Of a stretch of DNA of 64,000 bases, positions 1 through 13,500 are shown piece after piece. Source of the stretch: Eledone cirrhosa (taxonomy: Eukaryota); assembly GCA_964016885.1 (NCBI GenBank), contig OZ024752.1:16740001-16804000 (forward strand), in the 5' to 3' direction. Each line of letters starts with the position of its first letter. The stretch's first letter is position 1. The notes beneath the pieces are model-generated. The model saw nothing but the letters and a program-made list of their open reading frames with translations. It was not told where the DNA came from and did not search any database. The position numbers were made by a program, and so were the translations under genes.

Positions 1-3000
1 AGGATCACTCTGATGTCAGCTGTGTGTGGTAGTCTGTCTAGGGGAAGGATCACTCTGATGTCAGCTGTGTGTGGCAGTCTGTCTAGGGGAAAGATCACTC
101 TGATGTCAGCCGTGTGTGGTAGTCTGTCTAGGGGAAGGATCACTCTGATGTCTGATATCAGCCGTGTGTGCTAGTCTGTCTAGGGGAAGGATCACTCTGA
201 TGTCAGCTGTGTGTGGCAGTCTGTCTAGGGGAAGGATCACTCTGATGTCAGCCGTGTGTTGTAGTCTGTCTAGGGGAAGGATCACTCTGATGTCAGCCGT
301 GTCTGGTAGTACGTCTAGGGGAAGGATCACTCTGATGTCAGCCGTGTGTGGTAGTCTGTCTAGGGGAAGGATCACTCTGATGTCAGCCGTGTGTGGTAGT
401 CTGTCTAGGGGAAGGATCACTCAGATGTCAGCCGTGTGTGGTAGTCTGTCTAAGGGAAGGATCACTCTGATGTCAGCCGTGTGTGGTAGTCGGTCTAGGG
501 GAAGGATCACTCTGATGTCAGCCGTGTGTGGTAGTCTGTCTAGGGGAAGGTTCACTCTGATGTCAGCCGTGTGTGGTAGTCTGTCTAGGTGAAGGATCAC
601 TCTGATGTCAGCTGTGTGTGGTAGTCTGTCTAGGGGAAGGATCACTCTGATGTCAGCCATGTGTGGTAGTCTGTTATGGGAAGGATCACTCTGATGTTAG
701 CTGTGTGTGGTAGTCTGTTATGGGAAGGATCACTCTGATGTCAGCTGTGTGTGGTAGTCTGTTATGGGAAGGATCACTCTGATGTCAGCCATGTGTGGTA
801 GTCTGTAATGGGAAGGATCACTCTGATGTCAGCCAAGTGTGGTAGTCTGTCTAGGGGAAGGATCACTCTGATGTCACCCGTGTGTGGTAGTCTGTTATGG
901 GAAGGATCACTCTGATGTCAGCGTGTGTGGTAGTCTGTTATGGGAAGGATCACTCTGATGTCAGCCGTGTGTGGTAGTCTGTTATGGGAAGGATCATTCC
1001 GATGTCAGCCGTGTGTGGTAGTCTGTCTAGGGGAAGGATCACTCTGATGTCAGCCGTGTGTGGTAGTCTGTCTAGGTTAAGGATCACTATGATGTCAGCC
1101 AAGTGTGGTAGTCTGTCTAGGGGAAGGATCACTCTGATGTCAGCCGTGTGTGGTAGTCTGTTATGGGAAGGATCACTCTGATGTCAGCTGTGTTTGGTAG
1201 TCTGTTATGGGAAGGATCACTCCGATGTCAGCCGTGTGTGGTAGTCTGTCTAGGGGAAGGATTACTCTGATGTCAGCTGTGTGTGGTAGTCTGTTATGAG
1301 AAGGATCACTCTGATGTCAGCCGTGTGTGGTAGTCTGTTATGGGAAGGATCACTCTGATGTCAGCCGTGTGTGGTAGTCTGTTATGGGAAGGATCACTCT
1401 GATGTCAGCCAAGTGTGGTAGTATGTCTAGGGGAAGGATCACTCTGATGTCAGCCGTGTGTGGTAGTCTGTTATGGGAAGGATCATTCTGATGTCAGCTG
1501 TGTGTGGTAGTCTGTTATGGGAAGGATCACTCTGATGTCAGCTGTGTGTGGTAGTCTGTTATGGGAAGGATCACTCTGATGTCAGCAGTGTGTGGTAGTC
1601 TGTTATGGGAAGGATCACTCTGATGTCAGCCAAGTGTGGTAGTGTGTCTAGGGGAAGGATCACTCTGATGTCAGCCGTGTGTGGTAGTCTGTTATGGGAA
1701 GGATCACTCTGATGTCAGCGTGTGTGGTAGTCTGTTATGGGAAGGATCACTCTGATGTCAGCCAAGTGTGGTAGTCTGTCTAAGGGAAGGATCACTCTGA
1801 TGTCAGCCGTGTGTGGTAGTCTGTTATGGGAAGGATCACTCTGATGTCAGCCGTGTGTGGTAGTCTGTTATGGGAAGGATCACTCCGATGTCAGCCGTGT
1901 GTGGTAGTCTGTCTAGGGGAAGGATCACTCTGATGTCAGCCGTGTGTGGTAGTCTGTCTAGGTGAAGGATCACTCTGATGTCAGCCAAGTGTGGTAGTCT
2001 GTCTAGGGGAAGGATCACTCTGATGTCAGCCGTGTGTGGTAGTCTGTTATGGGAAGGATCACTCTGATGTCAGCTGTGTGTGGTAGTCTGTCTAGGTGAA
2101 GGATCACTCTGATGTCAGTCGTGTATGGTAGTCTGTCTAGGTGAAGGATCACTCTGATGTCAGCCGTGTGTGGTAGTCTGTCTAAGGGAAGGATCACTCT
2201 GATGTCAGCGTGTGTGGTAGTCTGTCTAAGGGAAGGATCACTCTGATGTCAGCCGTGTGTGGTAGTCTGTCTAGGTGAAGGATCACTCTGATGTAAGCCG
2301 TGTGTGGTAGTCTGTCTAAGGGAAGTATCACTCTGATGTCAGTCATGTGTGGTAGTCTGTTATGGGAAGGATCACTCTGATGTCAGCCGTGTGTAGTAGT
2401 CTGTCTAGGGGAAGGATCACTCTGATGTCTGATGTCAGCCGTGTGTGGTAGTCTGTCTAGGGGAAGGATCACTCTGATGTCAGCTGTGTGTGGCAGTCTG
2501 TCTAGGGGAAGGATCACTCTGATGTCAGCCGTGTGTTGTAGTCTCTCTAGGGAAAGGATCACTCTGATATCAGCTGTGTGTGGTAGTCTGTCTAGGGGAA
2601 GGATCACTCTGATGACAGCCGTGTCTGGTAGTCCGTCTAGGGGAAGGATCACTCTGATGTCAGCCATGTGTGGTAGTCTGTCTAGGGGAAGGATCACTCT
2701 GATGTCAGCCAAGTGTGGTAGTCTGTCTAGGGGAAGGATCACTCTGATGTCAGTCATGTGTGGTAGTCTGTCTAGGGGAAGGATCACTCTGATGTCAGCC
2801 GTGTGTGGTAGTCTGTCTAGGGGAAGGATCACTCTGATGTCAGCCGTGTGTGGTAGTCTGTCTAGGGGAAGGATCACTCAGATGTCAGCCGTGTCTGGTA
2901 GTCTGTCTAAGGGAAGGATCACTCTGATGTCAGCCGTGTGTGGTAGTCGGTCTAGGGGAAGGATCACTCTGATGTCAGCCGTGTGTGGTAGTCTGTCTAG

Positions 3001-6000
3001 GGGAAGGTTCACTCTGATGTCAGCCGTGTGTGGTAGTCTGCCTAGGTGAAGGATAACTCTGATGTCAGCTGTGTGTGGTAGTCTGTCTAGGGGAAGGATC
3101 ACTCTGATGTCAGCCATGTGTGGTAGTCTGTCTAGGGGAAGGATCACTCTGATGTCAGCCACGTGTGGTAGTCTGTCTAGGTGAAGGATCACTCTGATGT
3201 CAGCCGTGTGTGGTAGTCTGTTATGGGAAGGATCATTCTGATGTTAGCTGTGTGTGGTAGTCTGTTATGGGAAGGATCACTCTGATGTCAGCTGTGTGTG
3301 GTAGTCTGTTATGGGAAGGATCACTCTGATGTCAGCCGTGTGTGGTAGTCTGTAATGGGAAGGATCACTCTGATGTCAGCCAAGTGTGGTAGTCTGTCTA
3401 GGGGAAGGATCACTCTGATGTCACCCGTGTGTGGTAGTCTGTTATGGGAAGGATCACTCTGATGTCAGCGTGTGTGGTAGTCTGTTATGGGAAGGATCAC
3501 TCTGATGTCAGCCAAGTGTGGTAGTCTGTCTAGGGGAAGGATCACTCTGATGTCAGCCGCGTGTGGTAGTCTGTTATGGGAAGGATCACTCTGATGTCAG
3601 CCGTGTGTGGTAGTCTGTTATGGGAAGGATCACTCTGATGTCAGCCGTGTGTGGTAGTCGGTCTAGGGGAAGGATCACTCTGATGTCAGCCGTGTGTGGT
3701 AGTCTGTCTAGGGGAAGGTTCACTCTGATGTCAGCCGTGTGTGGTAGTCTGTCTAGGTGAAGGATCACTCTGATGTCAGCTGTGTGTGGTAGTCTGTCTA
3801 GGGGAAGGATCACTCTGATGTCAGCCATGTGTGGTAGTCTGTTATGGGAAGGATCACTCTGATGTTAGCTGTGTGTGGTAGTCTGTTATGGGAAGGATCA
3901 CTCTGATGTCAGCTGTGTGTGGTAGTCTGTTATGGGAAGGATCACTCTGATGTCAGCCGTGTGTGGTAGTCTGTAATGGGAAGGATCACTCTGATGTCAG
4001 CCAAGTGTGGTAGTCTGTCTAGGGGAAGGATCACTCTGATGTCACCCGTGTGTGGTAGTCTGTTATGGGAAGGATCACTCTGATGTCAGCGTGTGTGGTA
4101 GTCTGTTATGGGAAGGATCACTCTGATGTCAGCCGTGTGTGGTAGTCTGTTATGGGAAGGATCATTCCGATGTCAGCCGTGTGTGGTAGTCTGTCTAGGG
4201 GAAGGATCACTCTGATGTCAGCCGTGTGTGGTAGTCTGTCTAGGTTAAGGATCACTATGATGTCAGCCAAGTGTGGTAGTCTGTCTAGGGGAAGGATCAC
4301 TCTGATGTCAGCCGTGTGTGGTAGTCTGTTATGGGAAGGATCACTCTGATGTCAGCTGTGTTTGGTAGTCTGTTATGGGAAGGCTCACTCCGATGTCAGC
4401 CGTGTGTGGTAGTCTGTCTAGGGGAAGGATTACTCTGATGTCAGCTGTGTGTGGTAGTCTGTTATGAGAAGGATCACTCTGATGTCAGCCGTGTGTGGTA
4501 GTCTGTTATGGGAAGGATCACTCTGATGTCAGCCGTGTGTGGTAGTCTGTTATGGGAAGGATCACTCTGATGTCAGCCAAGTGTGGTAGTATGTCTAGGG
4601 GAAGGATCACTCTGATGTCAGCCGTGTGTGGTAGTCTGTTATGGGAAGGATCATTCTGATGTCAGCTGTGTGTGGTAGTCTCTTATGGGAAGGATCACTC
4701 TGATGTCAGCTGTGTGTGGTAGTCTGTTATGGGAAGGATCACTCTGATGTCAGCAGTGTGTGGTAGTCTGTTATGGGAAGGATCACTCTGATGTCAGCCG
4801 TGTGTGGTAGTCTGTCTAGGTGAAGGATCACTCTGATGTCAGCCAAGTGTGGTAGTGTGTCTAGGGGAAGGATCACTCTGATGTCAGCCGTGTGTGGTAG
4901 TCTGTTATGGGAAGGATCACTCTGATGTCAGCGTGTGTGGTAGTCTGTTATGGGAAGGATCACTCTGATGTCAGCCAAGTGTGGTAGTCTGTCTAAGGGA
5001 AGGATCACTCTGATGTCAGCCGTGTGTGGTAGTATGTTATGGGAAGGATCACTCTGATGTCAGCCGTGTGTGGTAGTCTGTTATGGGAAGGATCACTCCG
5101 ATGTCAGCCGTGTGTGGTAGTCTGTCTAGGGGAAGGATCACTCTGATGTCAGCCGTGTGTGGTAGTCTGTCTAGGTGAAGGATCACTCTGATGTCAGCCA
5201 AGTGTGGTAGTCTGTCTAGGGGAAGGATCACTCTGATGTCAGCCGTGTGTGGTAGTCTGTTATGGGAAGGATCACTCTGATGTCAGCCGTGTGTGGTAGT
5301 CTGTCTAGGTGAAGGATCACTCTGATGTCAGTCGTGTATGGTAGTCTGTCTAGGTGTAGGATCACTCTGATGTCAGCCGTGTGTGGTAGTCTGTCGAAGG
5401 GAAGGATCACTCTGATGTCAGCGTGTGTGGTAGTCTGTCTAAGGGAAGGATCACTCTGATGTCAGCCGTGTGTGGTAGTCTGTCTAGGTGAAGGATCACT
5501 CTGATGTAAGCCGTGTGTGGTAGTCTGTCTAAGGGAAGTATCACTCTGATGTCAGTCATGTGTGGTAGTCTGTTATGGGAAGGATCACTCTGATGTCAGC
5601 CGTGTGTAGTAGTCTGTCTAGGGGAAGGATCACTCTGATGTCTGATGTCAGCCGTGTGTGGTAGTCTGTCTAGGGGAAGGATCACTCTGATGTCAGCTGT
5701 GTGTGGCAGTCTGTCTAGGGGAAGGATCACTCTGATGTCAGCCGTGTGTTGTAGTCTCTCTAGGGAAAGGATCACTCTGATATCAGCTGTGTGTGGTAGT
5801 CTGTCTAGGGGAAGGATCACTCTGATGTCAGCCGTGTCTGGTAGTCCGTCTAGGGGAAGGATCACTCTGATGTCAGCCATGTGTGGTAGTCTGTCTAGGG
5901 GAAGGATCACTCTGATGTCAGCCAAGTGTGGTAGTCTGTCTAGGGGAAGGATCACTCTGATGTCAGTCATGTGTGGTAGTCTGTCTAGGGGAAGGATCAC

Positions 6001-9000
6001 TCTGATGTCAGCCGTGTGTGGTAGTCTGTCTAGGGGAAGGATCACTCTGATGTCAGCCGTGTGTGGTAATCTGTCTAGGGGAAGGATCACTCAGATGTCA
6101 GCCGTGTGTGGTAGTCTGTCTAAGGGAAGCATCACTCTGATGTCAGCCGTGTGTGGTAGTCGGTCTAGGGGAAGGATCACTCTGATGTCAGCCGTGTGTG
6201 GTAGTCTGTCTAGGGGAAGGTTCACTCTGATGTCAGCCGTGTGTGGTAGTCTGCCTAGGTGAAGGATAACTCTGATGTAAGCTGTGTGTGGTAGTCTGTC
6301 TAGGGGAAGGATCACTCTGATGTCAGCCATGTGTGGTAGTCTGTCTAGGGGAAGGATCACTCTGATGTCAGCCACGTGTGGTAGTCTGTCTAGGTGAAGG
6401 ATCACTCTGATGTCAGCCGTGTGTGGTAGTCTGTTATGGGAAGGATCACTCTGATGTTTGCTGTGTGTGGTAGTCTGTTATGGGAAGGATCACTCTGATG
6501 TCAGCTGTGTGTGGTAGTCTGTTATGGGAAGGATCACTCTGATGTCAGCCGTGTGTGGTAGTCTGTAATGGGAAGGATCACTCTGATGTCAGCCAAGTGT
6601 GGTAGTCTGTCTAGGGGAAGGATCACTCTGATGTCACCCGTGTGTGGTAGTCTGTTATGGGAAGGATCACTCTGATGTCAGCGTGTGTGGTAGTCTGTTA
6701 TGGGAAGGATCACTCTGATGTCAGCCAAGTGTGGTAGTCTGTCTAGGGGAAGGATCACTCTGATGTCAGCCGCGTGTGGTAGTCTGTTATGGGAAGGATC
6801 ACTCTGATGTCAGCCGTGTGTGGTAGTCTGTTATGGGAAGGATCACTCTGATGTCAGCCGTGTGTGGTAGTCTGTTATGGGAAGGATCACTCTGATGTCA
6901 GCTGTGTGTGGTAGTCTGTTATGGGAAGGATCACTCTGATGTCAGCCGTGTGTGGTAGTCTGTCTAGGTAAAGGATCACTCTGATGTCAGCCAAGTGTGG
7001 TAGTCTGTCTAGGGGAAGGATCACTCTGATGTCATCCGTGTGTGGTAGTCTGTTATGGGAAGGATCACTCTGATGTCAGTCGTGTGTGGTAGTCTGTCTA
7101 GGTGAAGGATCACTCTGATGTCAGTCGTGTGTGGTAGTCTGTTATGGGAAGGATCACTCTGATATCAGCCGTGTGTGGTAGTCTGTCTAGGGGAAGGATC
7201 ACTCTGATGTCAGCCAAGTGTGGTAGTCTGTCTAGGGGAAGGATCACTCTGATGTCAGCCGTGTGTGGTAGTCTGTCTAGGTGACGGATCACACTGATGT
7301 CAGCCGTGTGTGGTAGTCTGTCTAGGGGAAGGATCACTCTGATGTCAGCCGTGTGTGGTAGTCTGTTATGGGAATGATCACTCTGATGTCAGCCAAGTGT
7401 GGTAGTCTGTCTAGGGGAAGGATCACTCTGATGTCAGCCGTGTGTGGTAGTCTGTTATGGGAAGGATCATTCTGATGTCAGCTGTGTGTGGTAGTCTGTT
7501 ATGGGAAGGATCACTCTGATGTCAGCTGTGTGTGGTAGTCTGTTATGGGAAGGATCATTCTGATGTCAGCTGTGTGTGGTAGTCTGTTATGGGAAGGATC
7601 ACTCTGATGTCAGCTGTGTGTGGTAGTCTGTTATGGGAAGGATCACTCTGATGTCAGCAGTGTGTGGTAGTCTGTTATGGGAAGGATCACTCTGATGTCA
7701 GCCAAGTGTGGTAGTGTGTCTAGAGGAAGGATCACTCTGATGTCAGCCGTGTGTGGTAGTCTGTTATGGGAAGGATCACTCTGATGTCAGCGTGTGTGGT
7801 AGTCTGTTATGGGAAGGATCACTCTGATGTCAGCCAAGTGTGGTAGTCTGTCTAAGGGAAGGATCACTCTGATGTCAGCCGTGTGTGGTAGTCTGTTATG
7901 GGAAGGATCACTCTGATGTCAGCCGTGTGTGGTAGTCTGTTATGGGAAGGATCATTCCGATGTCAGCCGTGTGTGGTAGTCTGTCTAGGGGAAGGATCAC
8001 TCTGATGTCAGCCGTGTGTGGTAGTCTGTCTAGGTGAAGGATCACTCTGATGTCAGCCAAGTGTGGTAGTCTGTCTAGGGGAAGGATCACTCTGATGTCA
8101 GCCGTGTGTGGTAGCCTGTTATGGGAAGGATCACTCTGATGTCAGCCGTGTCTGGTAGTCTGACTAGGTGAAGGATCACTCTGATGTCAGTCGTGTATGG
8201 TAGTCTGTCTAGGTGAAGGATCACTCTGATGTCAGCCGTGTGTGGTAGTCTGTCTAAGGGAAGGATCACTCTGATGTCAGCGTGTGTGGTAGTCTGTCTA
8301 AGGGAAGGATCACTCTGATGTCAGCCGTGTGTGGTAGTCTGTCTAGGTGAAGGATCACTCTGATGTAAGCCGTGTGTGGTAGTCTGTCTAAGGGAAGTAT
8401 CACTCTGATGTCAGTCATGTGTGGTAGTCTGTTATGGGAAGGATCACTCTGATGTCAGCCGTGTGCGGTAGTCTGTCTAGGGGAAGGATCACTCTGATGT
8501 CTGATGTCAGCCGTGTGTGGTAGTCTGTCTAGGGGAAGGATCACTCTGATGTCAGCTGTGTGTGGCAGTCTGTCTAGGGGAAGGATCACTCTGATGTCAG
8601 CCAAGTGTGGTAGTCTGTCTAGGGGAAGGATCACTCTGATGTCAGTCATGTGTGGTAGTCTGTCTAGGGGAAGGATCACTCTGATGTCAGCCGTGTGTGG
8701 TAGTCTGTCTAGGGGAAGGATCACTCTGATGTCAGCTGTGTGTGGTAGTCTGTCTAGGGGAAGGATCACCCTGATGTCAGCCGTGTGTGGTAGTCTGTGT
8801 AGGGGAAGGATCACTCTGATGTCAGCCGTGTGTGGTAGTCTGTCTAGGTGAAGGATCACCCTGATGTCAGCCGTGTGTGGTAGTCTGTCTCGGGGAAGCA
8901 TCATTCTGATGTCAGCCATGTGTGGTAGTCTGTTATGGGAAGGATCACTCTGATGTCAGCCGTGTGTGGCAGTCTAGCTAGGGGAAGGATCACTCTGATG

Positions 9001-10560
9001 TCAGTCGTGTGTGGTAGTCTGTCTAGGGGAAGGATAACTCTGATGTCAGCTGTGTGTGGTAGTCTGTCTAAGGGAAGGATCACTCTGATGTCAGCCGTGT
9101 GTGGTAGTCTGTCTAGGGGAAGGATCACTCTGATGTCAGTCATGTGTGGTAGTCTGTCTAGGGGAAGGATCACTCTGATGTCAGCTGTGTGTGGTAGTCT
9201 GTCTAGGGGAAGGATCACTCTGATGTCAGCCGTGTGTGGTAGTCTGTCTAGGGGAAGGATCACTCTGATGTCAGTCATGTGTGGTAGTCTGTCGAGGGGA
9301 AGGATCACTCTGATGTCAGCCGTGTGTGGTAGTCTGTCTAGGGGAAGGATCACTCTGATGTCCGCTGTGTGTGGTAGTCTGTCTAGTGGAAGGATCACCC
9401 TGATGTCAGCCGTGTGTGGTAGCCTGTCTAGGGGAAGGATCACTCTGATGTCAGCTGTGTGTGGTAGTCTGTCTAGGGGAAGGATCACTCTGATGTCAGC
9501 TGTGTGTGGTAGTCTGTCTCGGGGAAGGATCACTCTGATGTCAGTCGTGTGTGGTAGTCTGTCTAGGGGAAGGATCACTCTGATGTCCGCTGTGTGTGGT
9601 AGTCTGTCTAGGGGAAGGATCACTCTGATGTCCGCTGTGTGTGGTAGTCTGTCTAGGGGAAGGATCACTCTGATGTCAGCTGTGTGTGGTAGTCTGTCTA
9701 GGGGAAGGATCACTCTGATGTCAGCTGTGTGTGGTAGTCTGTCTAAGGGAAGGATAACTCTGATGTCAGCTGTGTGTGGTAGTCTGTCTCGGGGAAGGAT
9801 CACTCTGATGTCAGCCGTGTCTGGTAGTCTGTCTAGGGGAAGGATCACTCTGATGTCAGTCATGTGTGGTAGTCTGTCTAGGGGAAGTATCACTCTGATG
9901 TCAGCTGTGTGTGGTAGTCTGTCTAGGGGAAGGATCACTCTGATGTGAGCCGTGTGTAGTAGTCTGTCTAGGGGAAGGATCACTCTGATGTCAGTCATGT
10001 GTAGTAGTCTGTCTAGGGGAAGTATCACTCTGATGTCAGCCGTGTGTGGTAGTCTGTCTAGGGGAAGGATAAATCTGAAGTAAGCTGTGTGTGGTAGTCT
10101 GTCTCGGGGAAGGATCACTCTGATGTCATCCGTGTGTGGTAGTCTGTCTAAGGGAAGGATCACTCTGATGTCCGCCGTGTGTGGTAGTCTGTCTAGGGGA
10201 AGGATCACTCTGATGTCAGCCGTGTGTGGTAGTCTGTCTACGGGAAGGATCACTCTGATGTCAGCTGTCTGTGGCAGTCTGTCTAGGGGAAGGATCACTC
10301 TGATGTCAGCCGTGTGTGGTAGTCTGTCTAAGGGAAGGATCACTCTGATGTCAGCCGTGTGTGGTAGTCTGTCTAGGGGAAGGATCACTCTGATGTCAGC
10401 CGTGTGTGGTAGTCTGTCTAAGGGAAGGATCACTCTGATGTCAGCTGTGTGTGGCAGTCTGTCTAGGGGAAGGATCACTCTGACGTCAGCCGTGTGTGGT
10501 AGTCTGTCTAAGGGAAGGATCACTCTGATGTCAGCTGTGTGTGGTAGTCTGTCTAAGGGA
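1..10560. repeat. ~10.6-kb higher-order repeat, copy 1
   Basis: Sequence from 1 recurs at 10561 (ORFs 106..420 and 10666..10980; 950 and 11510; 1836 and 12396; 2383 and 12943 all offset by 10560). Marked by the TGATGTC-TGATATC 52-mer and the AGTACGTCT variant. Confidence 0.9.
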
Positions 10561-13500
10561 AGGATCACTCTGATGTCAGCTGTGTGTGGTAGTCTGTCTA
10601 GGGGAAGGATCACTCTGATGTCAGCTGTGTGTGGCAGTCTGTCTAGGGGAAAGATCACTCTGATGTCAGCCGTGTGTGGTAGTCTGTCTAGGGGAAGGAT
10701 CACTCTGATGTCTGATATCAGCCGTGTGTGGTAGTCTGTCTAGGGGAAGGATCACTCTGATGTCAGCTGTGTGTGGCAGTCTGTCTAGGGGAAGGATCAC
10801 TCTGATGTCAGCCGTGTGTTGTAGTCTGTCTAGGGGAAGGATCACTCTGATGTCAGCCGTGTCTGGTAGTACGTCTAGGGGAAGGATCACTCTGATGTCA
10901 GCCGTGTGTGGTAGTCTGTCTAGGGGAAGGATCACTCTGATGTCAGCCGTGTGTGGTAGTCTGTCTAGGGGAAGGATCACTCAGATGTCAGCCGTGTGTG
11001 GTAGTCTGTCTAAGGGAAGGATCACTCTGATGTCAGCCGTGTGTGGTAGTCGGTCTAGGGGAAGGATCACTCTGATGTCAGCCGTGTGTGGTAGTCTGTC
11101 TAGGGGAAGGTTCACTCTGATGTCAGCCGTGTGTGGTAGTCTGTCTAGGTGAAGGATCACTCTGATGTCAGCTGTGTGTGGTAGTCTGTCTAGGGGAAGG
11201 ATCACTCTGATGTCAGCCATGTGTGGTAGTCTGTTATGGGAAGGATCACTCTGATGTTAGCTGTGTGTGGTAGTCTGTTATGGGAAGGATCACTCTGATG
11301 TCAGCTGTGTGTGGTAGTCTGTTATGGGAAGGATCACTCTGATGTCAGCCGTGTGTGGTAGTCTGTAATGGGAAGGATCACTCTGATGTCAGCCAAGTGT
11401 GGTAGTCTGTTTAGGGGAAGGATCACTCTGATGTCACCCGTGTGTGGTAGTCTGTTATGGGAAGGATCACTCTGATGTCAGCGTGTGTGGTAGTCTGTTA
11501 TGGGAAGGATCACTCTGATGTCAGCCGTGTGTGGTAGTCTGTTATGGGAAGGATCATTCCGATGTCAGCCGTGTGTGGTAGTCTGTCTAGGGGAAGGATC
11601 ACTCTGATGTCAGCCGTGTGTGGTAGTCTGTCTAGGTTAAGGATCACTATGATGTCAGCCAAGTGTGGTAGTCTGTCTAGGGGAAGGATCACTCTGATGT
11701 CAGCCGTGTGTGGTAGTCTGTTATGGGAAGGATCACTCTGATGTCAGCTGTGTTTGGTAGTCTGTTATGGGAAGGATCACTCCGATGTCAGCCGTGTGTG
11801 GTAGTCTGTCTAGGGGAAGGATTACTCTGATGTCAGCTGTGTGTGGTAGTCTGTTATGAGAAGGATCACTCTGATGTCAGCCGTGTGTGGTAGTCTGTTA
11901 TGGGAAGGATCACTCTGATGTCAGCCGTGTGTGGTAGTCTGTTATGGGAAGGATCACTCTGATGTCAGCCAAGTGTGGTAGTATGTCTAGGGGAAGGATC
12001 ACTCTGATGTCAGCCGTGTGTGGTAGTCTGTTATGGGAAGGATCATTCTGATGTCAGCTGTGTGTGGTAGTCTGTTATGGGAAGGATCACTCTGATGTCA
12101 GCTGTGTGTGGTAGTCTGTTATGGGAAGGATCACTCTGATGTCAGCAGTGTGTGGTAGTCTGTTATGGGAAGGATCACTCTGATGTCAGCCAAGTGTGGT
12201 AGTGTGTCTAGGGGAAGGATCACTCTGATGTCAGCCGTGTGTGGTAGTCTGTTATGGGAAGGATCACTCTGATGTCAGCGTGTGTGGTAGTCTGTTATGG
12301 GAAGGATCACTCTGATGTCAGCCAAGTGTGGTAGTCTGTCTAAGGGAAGGATCACTCTGATGTCAGCCGTGTGTGGTAGTCTGTTATGGGAAGGATCACT
12401 CTGATGTCAGCCGTGTGTGGTAGTCTGTTATGGGAAGGATCACTCCGATGTCAGCCGTGTGTGGTAGTCTGTCTAGGGGAAGGATCACTCTGATGTCAGC
12501 CGTGTGTGGTAGTCTGTCTAGGTGAAGGATCACTCTGATGTCAGCCAAGTGTGGTAGTCTGTCTAGGGGAAGGATCACTCTGATGTCAGCCGTGTGTGGT
12601 AGTCTGTTATGGGAAGGATCACTCTGATGTCTGCCGTGTGTGGTAGTCTGTCTAGGTGAAGGATCACTCTGATGTCAGTCGTGTATGGTAGTCTGTCTAG
12701 GTGAAGGATCACTCTGATGTCAGCCGTGTGTGGTAGTCTGTCTAAGGGAAGGATCACTCTGATGTCAGCGTGTGTGGTAGTCTGTCTAAGGGAAGGATCA
12801 CTCTGATGTCAGCCGTGTGTGGTAGTCTGTCTAGGTGAAGGATCACTCTGATGTAAGCCGTGTGTGGTAGTCTGTCTAAGGGAAGTATCACTCTGATGTC
12901 AGTCATGTGTGGTAGTCTGTTATGGGAAGGATCACTCTGATGTCAGCCGTGTGTAGTAGTCTGTCTAGGGGAAGGATCACTCTGATGTCTGATGTCAGCC
13001 GTGTGTGGTAGTCTGTCTAGGGGAAGGATCACTCTGATGTCAGCTGTGTGTGGCAGTCTGTCTAGGGGAAGGATCACTCTGATGTCAGCCGTGTGTTGTA
13101 GTCTCTCTAGGGAAAGGATCACTCTGATATCAGCTGTGTGTGGTAGTCTGTCTAGGGGAAGGATCACTCTGATGTCAGCCGTGTCTGGTAGTCCGTCTAG
13201 GGGAAGGATCACTCTGATGTCAGCCATGTGTGGTAGTCTGTCTAGGGGAAGGATCACTCTGATGTCAGCCAAGTGTGGTAGTCTGTCTAGGGGAAGGATC
13301 ACTCTGATGTCAGTCATGTGTGGTAGTCTGTCTAGGGGAAGGATCACTCTGATGTCAGCCGTGTGTGGTAGTCTGTCTAGGGGAAGGATCACTCTGATGT
13401 CAGCCGTGTGTGGTAGTCTGTTTGGGGAAGGATCACTCAGATGTCAGCCGTGTGTGGTAGTCTGTCTAAGGGAAGGATCACTCTGATGTCAGCCGTGTGT

